DNA of 32,000 nt from positions 120,001 to 152,000 of the forward strand of contig CAZETV010000002.1 of the NCBI GenBank assembly GCA_964514965.1. The letters are read 5' to 3'. Every line of letters starts with the position of its first letter. The first letter of the stretch is position 1. This DNA comes from Candidatus Hadarchaeota archaeon (GTDB lineage: Archaea; Hadarchaeota; Hadarchaeia; Hadarchaeales; Hadarchaeaceae). Made by a program: the position numbers and the translations under genes. The notes under the pieces are model-generated. The model made no database searches. It was not told the origin of the DNA and worked only from the letters and a program-made list of their open reading frames with translations. Shown piece after piece: positions 15,271-22,964 of this stretch.

Positions 15271-15483
15271 GAAACTCGCGATCCACTCATCGCTTATTTA
15301 TAACTTATTTTATAAGATATAGATATTCTGGGCGCTGACTGGCATTAACCCCCAATCAAACGACTCGCACAAGGAAAGCATAGTAGTCGAAGGGTCAATC
15401 CCCATTACTCTTTGCTTTAAGGGTCTAGCTCACGTGGCCGCCACCTATTGGAATTTGCAGCCTCCCGGGCGGCACGCAAAAGG

Positions 15484-15490
15484 CTTTATG
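15484..15490 (+). promoter_or_regulatory. Putative BRE/TATA element of the alba gene
   Basis: GCAAAAGG-CTTTATG lies ~37-55 nt upstream of the candidate ATGs at 15527 and 15542. Confidence 0.3.
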
Positions 15491-15541
15491 CCACCCCACC
15501 AAATTAAGGGCGCCCGACTAAACAAGATGAGGCAGGAAACA

Positions 15542-15865
15542 ATGGCTGAAGAAAAGGCAGCAGAGAAAAAAGTAGTTGCGGAAAAAAAGGCAGCGGCAGA
15601 AAATGCCGTTTTTATCGGAATAAAACCAGTGATGAACTACGTGTTGGCAGTGATAACGCAGTTCAACATGGGGACCGGTGAGGTCACCCTCAAGGCACGA
15701 GGCAAAGCCATCAGCAGGGCCGTCGATGTAGCAGAGATCGTCAGAAATCGATTTTTGCAGAGTTTGGCCGTGAAGAACATCCAAATTGGAACTGAGGAAC
15801 TTCAGGCCGAAAGTGGCACCATTAACGTGTCCACCATAGAGATAACGCTTGGAAAGGGTGAATGA
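15542..15865 (+). CDS. albA: Chromatin/RNA-binding protein Alba with a Lys/Ala/Glu-rich N-terminal extension
   Basis: C-terminal ~90 aa ([45 protein letters not shown]...V....I.IGTEEL) is a canonical Alba fold sequence. Start assigned to the ATG at 15542 (alternative 15527). The ORF-track start at 15434 is unlikely. Confidence 0.9.
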   Translation: MAEEKAAEKKVVAEKKAAAENAVFIGIKPVMNYVLAVITQFNMGTGEVTLKARGKAISRAVDVAEIVRNRFLQSLAVKNIQIGTEELQAESGTINVSTIEITLGKGE

Positions 15866-15880
15866 ACACCTTTCCGACAC

Positions 15881-15896
15881 TTTTATTTTTTGTTTT
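15881..15896 (+). terminator. Oligo-T terminator after alba
   Basis: TTTTATTTTTTGTTTT starts 16 nt after the stop codon. Archaeal RNA polymerase terminates at T runs. Confidence 0.5.
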
Positions 15897-16132
15897 CAAT
15901 CTCTGGCAGGAGCCATTCGATTGTTGTAGTATAACTGGCATGAGTTATTTTCAGCTCCCGACAAATTCTCGATCGATTATAGGCAAAACCGCCGCGTGCT
16001 CGAGGGGCTCATAAGCATAGAGAGCAAGCCGCTCAGGAACAATATAGCAGGCTATATAACCACTCTATTAAAACAAAAATTCGAGGAGAGATAAAGTGCC
16101 ACCTTCGATTAGTGCAAAGCTCTGCAATGCCG

Positions 16133-16678
16133 CTAATGTCGGGAGAGGATTCTGTTTATCTTTTGTGCTGCTCTTTTTACATCTCTCATGCTCTTCACCC
16201 CGGCGCATACACCCTTGCCCGATACGAAGAGCAACAATACCGCCTTAGGATCGTCGAGCCTGAACACGAGGCCTGGGAAAATCTCCGGCTCGTATTCGGT
16301 GTTCTCGAATCTGATAGCTATATGCTCGAGATCGAACTTCCTGCCGAAATTAACGGATGCCACGATATTCTGAACCTTGACTTTTGGCTCCGTTTTCACC
16401 TTTATGTGTGCTTCTCTGATCTTTCGGGTCAGCTTCTTTATCGCAAGCTTGGCATCGGCCATGCTCCTAGCGCCGACGCAGTTCATCTTACCCGAGGCGA
16501 AGATGAGAAATGATGCTCGAGGATCCTCTGATTTATAGACTACGCCGGGAAAGCTTTCCGGATCGTAGCGTGCGCCGTCCAACGACCTAGCCAACTTATG
16601 GAGGTTGAACTCTGTGTCCTCGTATGTGACCGAGAGCACGATATTTTGGATTTTAATTCTTACTCCAGCCATCTCCAC
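16133..16678 (-). CDS. tbp: TATA-box binding protein
   Basis: 181 aa with the two direct TBP repeats (IQNIVLSV...FPGVVYK...ASFLIFASGKMNCVGA and VQNIVASV...FPGLVFRL..PKAVLLLFVSGKGVCAG). Confidence 0.95.
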   Translation of the reverse strand: MEMAGVRIKIQNIVLSVTYEDTEFNLHKLARSLDGARYDPESFPGVVYKSEDPRASFLIFASGKMNCVGARSMADAKLAIKKLTRKIREAHIKVKTEPKVKVQNIVASVNFGRKFDLEHIAIRFENTEYEPEIFPGLVFRLDDPKAVLLLFVSGKGVCAGVKSMRDVKRAAQKINRILSRH

Positions 16679-16880
16679 CCCATAGATTAATTGGTATGTT
16701 GTACTTGCCCATTTCGGTTACACTACCTCCTAGGCGTCGCGCAAAGGATAAAATCAGGGTCAAACATCAGAGGATCAAGAAGTATGGCAAGCGATCAAAG
16801 ATGAGGACGGCAATAAGAGAGGAGCCGACAAAGCTACCGCTAATTCGAGAGAAAATGCCAAAGCCTTAGGTAAAAGGAGC

Positions 16881-17123
16881 TTACTCCCTAACAACTTCAG
16901 CTGTGGCAAATCTTGGCCGCACTTCATTTATGCGGATCTTTACCTCATCCCCGACATTTGCGCCGGATACGAAGACCACAAAGCCCTGCACGCGAGCGAT
17001 CCCATCCCCGCTTTTGCCCCGTCCTTCTATCTTTACTGTAGGGGTGTCACCCGCCTTAACCGGTGCGGGTGTAGATGGTCCTCGTTCAAAGCCTCTTGGT
17101 CTGTCTCCACTTCGTCTGTACAC
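16881..17123 (-). CDS. TRAM-domain protein
   Basis: 80 aa. VKAGDT..VKIEG.GKSGDGIARVQGFVVFVSGA.VGDEVKIRI.EV..RFA.AEVV is the stand-alone archaeal TRAM/OB pattern. Confidence 0.85.
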   Translation of the reverse strand: MYRRSGDRPRGFERGPSTPAPVKAGDTPTVKIEGRGKSGDGIARVQGFVVFVSGANVGDEVKIRINEVRPRFATAEVVRE

Positions 17124-17554
17124 TTCTCCAACTCCTTTCTCTTGGATAGAGTAACTCTTCGTCTACGCTATTAACACTTCCTACATATGATGTATGATGT
17201 CTCCTTTAATGACGGGATTTTACCTTAGGGATTTCGAAAGAGTCTCGATCTGTACTGTGTCTAAAAAATGCAGGTATGAGCTTGGAGAAGGAAGATAACC
17301 ACTACTTAGCTAACAACCCCGCGTCTTTTTATCGAAAGTGGGAGAATAGGTTTGTGGTAAAATGGGTAAAAGGATCTTAAAGGGGATCCGAGAACGGAAG
17401 AGAAGGGAGAGAAAGAGGTCAGAAAGGTAACCTTATTATAAGTTCGACCCCTAGTTTGGATTTACCCGGGAGATTCTTGTTTTTAAGGAGCCCTCCCTCT
17501 TTCTTCAGTTCTTGGCTGCACGCAACTCCAACAACGCCGCTGCTTTTGTGATCA

Positions 17555-18211
17555 TCAACGCCCAAATTTCCTTTCTTGCGCATGGTACCAACTGAAGGCC
17601 GCCTCCCAATCTTGTTCTGTGCATTCAGGAAATAGTTTTTTGATAAAGTAAAGCTCAGAATATCGTGCTTGAATACTTAAGAAATCGGACAATCTTTGAA
17701 GGTTGCCTGTTCTTATTATTAGATTAGGTTCTATATCTACCATCAAAAGAGACTTCACCTCTGATTCCGGTTCCCTAGATGCTTTCAAACAAGCATTCAA
17801 AAATTCATGTTGAGCACTCCATGCCATTAGAAACACCACACAGTGTCTTGTATAGGCTTTAGTGGCTTCGGTAAGTTGATCCATTACCTCCCTCAAAGAA
17901 ACTGGGAATACTTCTCGTTGTGTAGAATAAAACTGAAAATTAATCTGTTTTTGATGAACTTCTGAATTCGAGTCCAAGTATTTTCGAAACTCTTTTTCAT
18001 AAAGAGCGAATACCTCTTCGAGCTTTTCTTTGGGTCTTTTGAGATTATCTTCGCTCAAAGCATAAACAATTATATGCGAGACATCCTTTTGAGAACAGAA
18101 GTCTAGGAACGTCCTTAGTGTTTCTACGCCCTTTCTAAATACCTCAGCCTCGGATATACCGTATTTTTCAGCGTATCTACGGTTACCATCCGGTATAAGC
18201 CCGACGATCAT
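17555..18211 (-). CDS. uppS: cis-prenyltransferase (undecaprenyl/di-trans,poly-cis-polyprenyl diphosphate synthase family), divergent
   Basis: 218 aa. IPDGNRRYA (DGNRRWA motif), VYALSEDNLKRP, IIRTGNLQRLSDFL and YSELYF correspond to conserved UPPS blocks with several substitutions. The gene sits in an AT-rich patch. Confidence 0.7.
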   Translation of the reverse strand: MIVGLIPDGNRRYAEKYGISEAEVFRKGVETLRTFLDFCSQKDVSHIIVYALSEDNLKRPKEKLEEVFALYEKEFRKYLDSNSEVHQKQINFQFYSTQREVFPVSLREVMDQLTEATKAYTRHCVVFLMAWSAQHEFLNACLKASREPESEVKSLLMVDIEPNLIIRTGNLQRLSDFLSIQARYSELYFIKKLFPECTEQDWEAAFSWYHAQERKFGR

Positions 18212-18354
18212 GAAAAATCACCATTCTGTGTTACTTAAGTCGGCTATAAATATTTCAGAAGATGCCAAAGTCACCCTTATGCCGTTGCTACTCTGTACCA
18301 AAACCCGCCAAATTTTTGGCCATCAGCGCGTACTCCTTTTTTGATATATCAAAT

Positions 18355-18400
18355 TAGGCTCATGACCCAATTAAACTACCCATTTTCCAAGCCCAAAAAT
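18355..18400. repeat. 46-nt direct repeat, copy A (TAGGCTCATGACCCAATTAAACTACCCATTTTCCAAGCCCAAAAAT)
   Basis: 41 of 46 positions identical by eye to 18882-18927, same orientation. Confidence 0.8.
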
Positions 18401-18526
18401 CTGGCAAACAAATCTCCCCCTAAAACAAAGTCCACGCTCAAAGGGGACTTATAAAGGGAGATTTTGTCAAAATAAGGTGTTATAAGCGTGTCATGGTTTC
18501 GGAGTTAGGGAAACGTCGAAAAAAAG

Positions 18527-18769
18527 TCAAGTTTTGACACTAGGAGACCAAGCTTGAAGTTTCCATTCATCCTCACCTAAATCCAAGTTTTCAAAACATC
18601 TACTACATACCAACCTTGGTCTTCTTTTCCTCGGAAACCTCACTATCCACATCTTGTCTTGCGGAAATTCCTTTCCGCACTTGTAGCATTTGTATTGTTT
18701 TCGCAATTTACCCTCCTCCCGGCAGACTTCTGGTGGGCCAGTTACGTGGCCATGCCATGCGGCTATCAC
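18527..18769 (-). CDS. Small zinc-ribbon protein (CxxC...CxxC), hypothetical
   Basis: 80-aa ORF (GTG start) with CYKCGK...CSRCF. Overlapped in another frame by a 39-codon ORF (18708-18827, MPTRKFTDEQLREGYARGLSDS...). Confidence 0.45.
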   Translation of the reverse strand: MIAAWHGHVTGPPEVCREEGKLRKQYKCYKCGKEFPQDKMWIVRFPRKRRPRLVCSRCFENLDLGEDEWKLQAWSPSVKT

Positions 18770-18881
18770 TTAACCCACGAGCATAACCTTCTCTTAACTG
18801 TTCATCCGTGAACTTGCGTGTCGGCATTCTTATCACCTTTATTTACCCAACTACTTTTGGATTGGATTAAAATTTTCCTAA

Positions 18882-18927
18882 TAGGCTCATGATCCAATTA
18901 AAACGCCAATTTTCCAAGCCCAAAAAT
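18882..18927. repeat. 46-nt direct repeat, copy B
   Basis: See 18355-18400. Confidence 0.8.
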
Positions 18928-19034
18928 AGGGCAATCGGGGGGGCGTTCTGCGGGCCGATTAGATGCCGATGTATCAAGTTTTAAGAAACCTATCTCTTTC
19001 GCTTCTTCTTTCGCTTTTTGGCCCTTGCCATTTT

Positions 19035-19895
19035 TCACCCCTCCTTCCACTTCTTTTTCCCTTTTTTCTGAACTGCCGAGGTTAAACCGAGCACTTCTCC
19101 AAGCTGGGTGCCGAGCTGGGTTGGGCTCACCACGATCATGTTCTTCTCGCGAGCTATCTCAGTCATGGTTTGGAGTTCCCGAAGCCTCAGTGCGGACGGG
19201 TTCTTATGGTACTGCTTTGCAGCCTCGGCCATTTTCTTCGCCGCCTCGAACTCGCCTTGGGCCATTATCACCCTCGATCTCCGTTCCCGCTCCGCTTCCG
19301 CCTGCTTAGCTATCGCGCGGAGCATCTCCTCGGGCAGGCTCACGTCCCTTACCGTCACCGAACTCACCTTTATGCCCCAAGCATCAGTCCCCTCATCGAG
19401 GATCTTCTGAAGGCTCGCATTCAGTTCATCACGCTTAGTCAGCAGTTCGTCTAGGTCCCTTTGCCCGAGCACATCGCGCAGCGTGGTCTGAGCGAGCAGG
19501 CTTGTGGCCATGATGTAGTGCTCCACCTTCATTATGGCATCGTTCGGGTTCACCACCCGCATGTAGACGACCGCATCGACATTGACGCTCACGTTGTCCT
19601 TGGTGACCACACTTTGTTTAGGTACATCGAGCGTTAGCGTGCGCAAGTCGACCTTCATTATCCTATCGAGTATCGGAACGATCAGGAAGATCCCAGGCCC
19701 CTTGATCCCAGCGAACCTGCCCAACCTGAATTTCACCGCCCGTTCGTACTCCCGCAGGACCCTTATCGCGGCCATCAGAAATAGGGCGACGAGAAAAACT
19801 ATGGAAACAATTAACCCTACCAACCAATCCTCGGGCACTGGTTCACCAAACTCCATTCTAATGCCCGTATTTAAATCCACTACCGGCGTCAGCAC
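19035..19895 (-). CDS. SPFH/band-7 (stomatin/prohibitin-like) membrane protein
   Basis: 286 aa. N-terminal TM helix, then REYERAV.FRLGR......GPG...I.P..D....VDLR....DVP.Q...TKDNV...VDAVVY..V..P and a coiled-coil AEAERE region. Confidence 0.9.
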   Translation of the reverse strand: MLTPVVDLNTGIRMEFGEPVPEDWLVGLIVSIVFLVALFLMAAIRVLREYERAVKFRLGRFAGIKGPGIFLIVPILDRIMKVDLRTLTLDVPKQSVVTKDNVSVNVDAVVYMRVVNPNDAIMKVEHYIMATSLLAQTTLRDVLGQRDLDELLTKRDELNASLQKILDEGTDAWGIKVSSVTVRDVSLPEEMLRAIAKQAEAERERRSRVIMAQGEFEAAKKMAEAAKQYHKNPSALRLRELQTMTEIAREKNMIVVSPTQLGTQLGEVLGLTSAVQKKGKKKWKEG

Positions 19896-19953
19896 GATTT
19901 TGAATTTGACTAGCGTAGTACATTTTCAGGTGGTAGTACCATCGAAAAATGTT

Positions 19954-20196
19954 TCAAGTGGTACTATTTTTCCTCATTTTTGCCGTATTTTCCCGTGACC
20001 GGCCGCGGATTATCATCGTGCCATATCGCTTGAGTGCTTCGCTGCCCTGGAGTTCTTCCGCATCCTCGAGCACGAGATTTACGTGGGTGTCAACCCCACT
20101 TATCTTGCCCCGAAACTCCCTGCCGCCCTTGAGGCTCACGAGTACCGATGAGCCGAGAGCGCGGTTTAAGACATCTAGAGGTCGCTGCGCGGGCAT
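19954..20196 (-). CDS. Sm-like (LSm/SmAP) RNA-binding protein with a basic C-terminal tail
   Basis: [43 protein letters not shown]...GTMIIRG contains the Sm1 and Sm2 motifs. Start assigned to the ATG at 20196; the track start at 20208 is TTG. Confidence 0.85.
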   Translation of the reverse strand: MPAQRPLDVLNRALGSSVLVSLKGGREFRGKISGVDTHVNLVLEDAEELQGSEALKRYGTMIIRGRSRENTAKMRKNSTT

Positions 20197-20415
20197 GAAA
20201 ATCGTCAATCTCTCAGTGATGCCACATTTAAGCGTTGCTTACGACGCCACGGGTAAGAAAGTAGGGACGTTTTTTGAGCATTACTGGGGGGAAAGCTCGA
20301 ATTACCTCCCACTATCGGATTTTTTATTTTTACGCGATAGGTCTAAGCTCCACACTAGCCGGTCCTCCGCTACGGGTATACTCCCAAAAAATCAAGGGCC
20401 CATGCAAAACTTGAT

Positions 20416-21627
20416 CTATCTCTGCTCAAAGTCCACTTTGATGCCGTAGACAAATCGAAGGGTTGCATAGTGGTCCCCCAACCCCAGCGATTGAACTCTA
20501 TCCAAGATGCCCTCGGATCGATAATCGTGCGCAATTGTTGCCATGTCTACGTATGCCCTAGTGCCCCTTTTAGACCCACATTTCGGGACGATAACCTTCC
20601 AATCGGGGTAAAGAATAACTTTGGCGATGCTATCCACCTCGCCCAGCTTGTGGCCTCCACCGTGAGGAAGTATATTCGCTCCCCTTAACTTCTCATACGC
20701 CCATCTATCAATAGCCCTCGAACCAGTCACAACTTTGATTTTTTCCGGAGAAAGGTTCATTCTGCCCTTGACGAGGCACGCCGGGAAATCATCGGTTAAA
20801 GTTATCACGAAAATCTCTCCTTCCTCGTGGATGAGGTTACATCCGATAATTGCTTCGTTGGGGCCGATCAGCTCATAATGGTTGTGATTCGCTATTACCT
20901 CGCCTCCAAAAATCTCTACAAAAAGAAGCTTTCTTTTTCTCTTGGAAAAGTCGCTCGCGTACCCGCAACGTTCTCTGTACTCTCGTGCATCGGCGCCCTG
21001 CAGGACGTATGATTTGCCGAAGGGCGTCCGCATTTCTTCGGCCCTTTCACAAACGAAGTTAATTAATGAGTCACGCATTTCGTCCGAAGAGGTGTGTAAG
21101 ACCGCGACTATCCTCGGCAGATCAAGGGTTTCGTAATTTTCAACCTCATATAAATTCAAAAAATGGCTGCCCGGGCTAAAATTTCTCAACCCGATTTCTT
21201 TGCCATCGATTTTGAGACCTTTTTCCCTCATTTCGTGTAGGATGTCCAATATTTCTTCAAGATCGGGATCGTTTTTTGCTGCACCGACTAACATGCCACA
21301 AAAGTCAAATTCCATCTCCCCGGGGACGAGGTCATACGAGCCATCCCCCCATATGATTTTGCCTCCCTCGGGGATCGATTCATAAAATTTGTGGGGGGAT
21401 GTTTGAAACGTGAAATCCGGCGCGCCGATGAACATGGCCCGGGGTTCATATCCCAATTTTTCTTGGATGTAATGCATCTTTGCTACAAAGAAGGTTGTAT
21501 TTATCTTACCAACCTCCTCGGCGGGATCGTTCATCCCCAAGTTGAAAAGATATTTCTCCGCATTTTTCATCCTCTTATCAAATTCCTCTCTACTCAGCGG
21601 GTAGCGTCCCCTCAATTCATATTCCAT
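20416..21627 (-). CDS. Divergent RtcB-superfamily protein (RNA ligase-like)
   Basis: Motifs in RtcB order: EFDFCGM (D..C metal site), SPGSHFLNLYEV (GNHF-type), VLHTSSDE (HSGSR-type), ANHNHYE (HN), PHGGGHKL (HGAGR-type). Shorter than canonical RtcB, and the N-terminal PDxHxG block is not recognisable. Start assigned to the ATG at 21627; the track start at 21675 is GTG. Confidence 0.45.
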   Translation of the reverse strand: MEYELRGRYPLSREEFDKRMKNAEKYLFNLGMNDPAEEVGKINTTFFVAKMHYIQEKLGYEPRAMFIGAPDFTFQTSPHKFYESIPEGGKIIWGDGSYDLVPGEMEFDFCGMLVGAAKNDPDLEEILDILHEMREKGLKIDGKEIGLRNFSPGSHFLNLYEVENYETLDLPRIVAVLHTSSDEMRDSLINFVCERAEEMRTPFGKSYVLQGADAREYRERCGYASDFSKRKRKLLFVEIFGGEVIANHNHYELIGPNEAIIGCNLIHEEGEIFVITLTDDFPACLVKGRMNLSPEKIKVVTGSRAIDRWAYEKLRGANILPHGGGHKLGEVDSIAKVILYPDWKVIVPKCGSKRGTRAYVDMATIAHDYRSEGILDRVQSLGLGDHYATLRFVYGIKVDFEQR

Positions 21628-21799
21628 TGGATCACCAAGATAGATATAGCAATTCCTCCAATAACTTTTGCGCACAAAGGGAGAATATCTTAAAGCTAAA
21701 AAATAAGATGGTCTGAATCCTGCTTACAGGTAAAGCTATGCATCAACGCAATAATTGGGTTTTGATCTAGCAAATGATACTTTCAGCTTTTTACTAAAT

Positions 21800-21828
21800 G
21801 CGCCAGCCATTTTTGACCTATGGTGCGG
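21800..21828. repeat. 29-nt direct repeat (GCGCCAGCCATTTTTGACCTATGGTGCGG) duplicating the 3' flank plus 3' terminus of tRNA-Leu
   Basis: 27 of 29 identical to 22799-22827. Continues into a diverged T-arm-like sequence to about 21857. Confidence 0.8.
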
Positions 21829-21926
21829 TATTAGGGGTTTGAACCCAGATTTGTACCTCAGGCAAAATTCTGGGAGATTTTTGGAAAAACTTCGTAAATC
21901 TTGCCCAGATCACTTAGCGAGACTTA

Positions 21927-21963
21927 TGGTGCGTTATTAGGGATTTGTACCTAGGTTTGTACC
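21927..21963. repeat. Further degenerate tRNA-3'-end-like module (TGGTGCGTTATTAGGGATTTGTACCTAGGTTTGTACC)
   Basis: Resembles 21821-21857 and 10393-10430 (TGGTGCGGTATTA(A/G)GGGTTTGAACC.AGATTTGTACC). Confidence 0.55.
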
Positions 21964-22026
21964 TTCCAGAAGATCTCCGGAAAATCTCCTCGGACACTAA
22001 ATTATTGGGCATCTACTTTTCCCTCG

Positions 22027-22584
22027 CTAACTCTTCTTCAAAGAGTGAGGAATATAAAAGTTAGATTCTTTCTTCTCCATAAATAGCTGGTATGGTCGAA
22101 GTATAGTAGGCGTTTCGCTCTCTGGATATTCTTCTCTTTCAATAAATCCAGCAGACTTGTAGATATGCTGAGCTACAGTCATGAATTTAGAAGTTTCGAG
22201 CAGGAATGAAGAACATCCAAACTCTCTGCCCACCTCTAATAGTCTATTTAGCATCTGTTTTCCATAGCCTCTTCCTCTGTAAAGGGGACGGATGTACATC
22301 CGCTTGATTTCTCCAATCTCATCACTCAATTTCCTTAGTGCTCCCATCCCAGCGATATTTCCTTCAACTACCAGTAAGTAAATGATACCATCTGGAGGTT
22401 TCAAACTTGTAAGATCTTCAAGATGGGCATCAACATATTCTGAAATGGTCTGTCCAATGATGGAAACAGCATCAAGCTGGTAATTCTCTCTGAATTGATC
22501 TGCAATCCATGTTATAAGTTCAATATTCAGCTGGACGTATTCTTCTTTGTGAACATCCAGGTCGAGTGGAACAAACTCTTCCAT
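22027..22584 (-). CDS. GNAT-family N-acetyltransferase
   Basis: 185 aa. The acetyl-CoA binding motif MYIRPLYRGRGYGKQMLNRLLE (R/Q-x-x-G-x-G/A) and beta-strand pattern are typical of GNAT. Confidence 0.85.
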   Translation of the reverse strand: MEEFVPLDLDVHKEEYVQLNIELITWIADQFRENYQLDAVSIIGQTISEYVDAHLEDLTSLKPPDGIIYLLVVEGNIAGMGALRKLSDEIGEIKRMYIRPLYRGRGYGKQMLNRLLEVGREFGCSSFLLETSKFMTVAQHIYKSAGFIEREEYPESETPTILRPYQLFMEKKESNFYIPHSLKKS

Positions 22585-22616
22585 GCAATAGCCCTCTTCT
22601 ACATATTTGGCTCATT

Positions 22617-22763
22617 CTAGATATTAATTTCACATTTTGCTGCGGGTTGTCCCCCTCTTGGAACCTCTTCTGGAACCCAGCGGGGTTGAAATATAATAAA
22701 GATCAAAGCGCTCACAACCAAAATCGCTGCAATAATCCCAGCCGCAATAGCAAATTTACTCAT
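22617..22763 (-). CDS. Possible 48-aa single-pass membrane peptide (below the ORF-track cutoff)
   Basis: Translated by hand: MSKFAIAAGIIAAILVVSALIFIIFQPRWVPEEVPRGGQPAAKCEINI. Lies between tRNA-Leu and the GNAT gene, same strand as GNAT. Confidence 0.3.
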   Translation of the reverse strand: MSKFAIAAGIIAAILVVSALIFIIFQPRWVPEEVPRGGQPAAKCEINI

Positions 22764-22798
22764 GGCGCGTTTTCACGCCAGACTCTATTCTACCAAAG

Positions 22799-22827
22799 GC
22801 GCCAGCCATTTTTGAGGTATGGTGCGG
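22799..22827. repeat. 29-nt direct repeat, copy overlapping the genuine tRNA-Leu 3' end
   Basis: See 21800-21828. Confidence 0.8.
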
Positions 22828-22926
22828 GGGAAGGGATTTGAACCCTCGAACTCCTAAGAGACCAGCCCCTCAAGCTGGCACCTTTAGTCGGTCGTTAGAC
22901 CTTTGACCTGACTCGGCCACCCCCGC
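22820..22926 (-). tRNA. tRNA-Leu(GAG): tRNA-Leu (GAG), class II, encoded CCA, with a ~19-nt insertion/intron at the D-stem 3' side
   Basis: Reverse complement: GCGGGGG-TG-GCC-GAGTCAGGTCAAA-GG[TCTAACGACCGACTAAAGG]T-G-CCAGC-TTGAGGG-GCTGG-TCTCTTAGGAGTTC-GAGGG-TTCAAAT-CCCTT-CCCCCGC-A-CCA. AAAGGT repeats at both insertion borders. Confidence 0.85.
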
Positions 22927-22964
22927 GCCAAGCAAAATTATGCGCTGCGGAGATTTTAATCTTC

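Noticed and set aside
15116-15322. 68-aa ORF on the plus strand
   Set aside because: Spans the third module copy (15230-15270) in an intergenic AT-rich stretch, with no coding signature.
17185-17215. Tandem ATGATGT motifs resembling C boxes of a C/D box sRNA
   Set aside because: No matching CTGA D or D' boxes at appropriate spacing and no terminal stem.
19025-20449. Plus-strand ORFs over the SPFH and Sm-like genes (19025-19309, 19108-19410, 19170-19454, 19582-19998, 19949-20449)
   Set aside because: All overlap well-supported minus-strand genes and have low-complexity translations.
22566-22841. 91-aa plus-strand ORF
   Set aside because: Overlaps the GNAT start, the possible 48-aa minus-strand peptide and the tRNA-Leu 3' end, so it is not credible.
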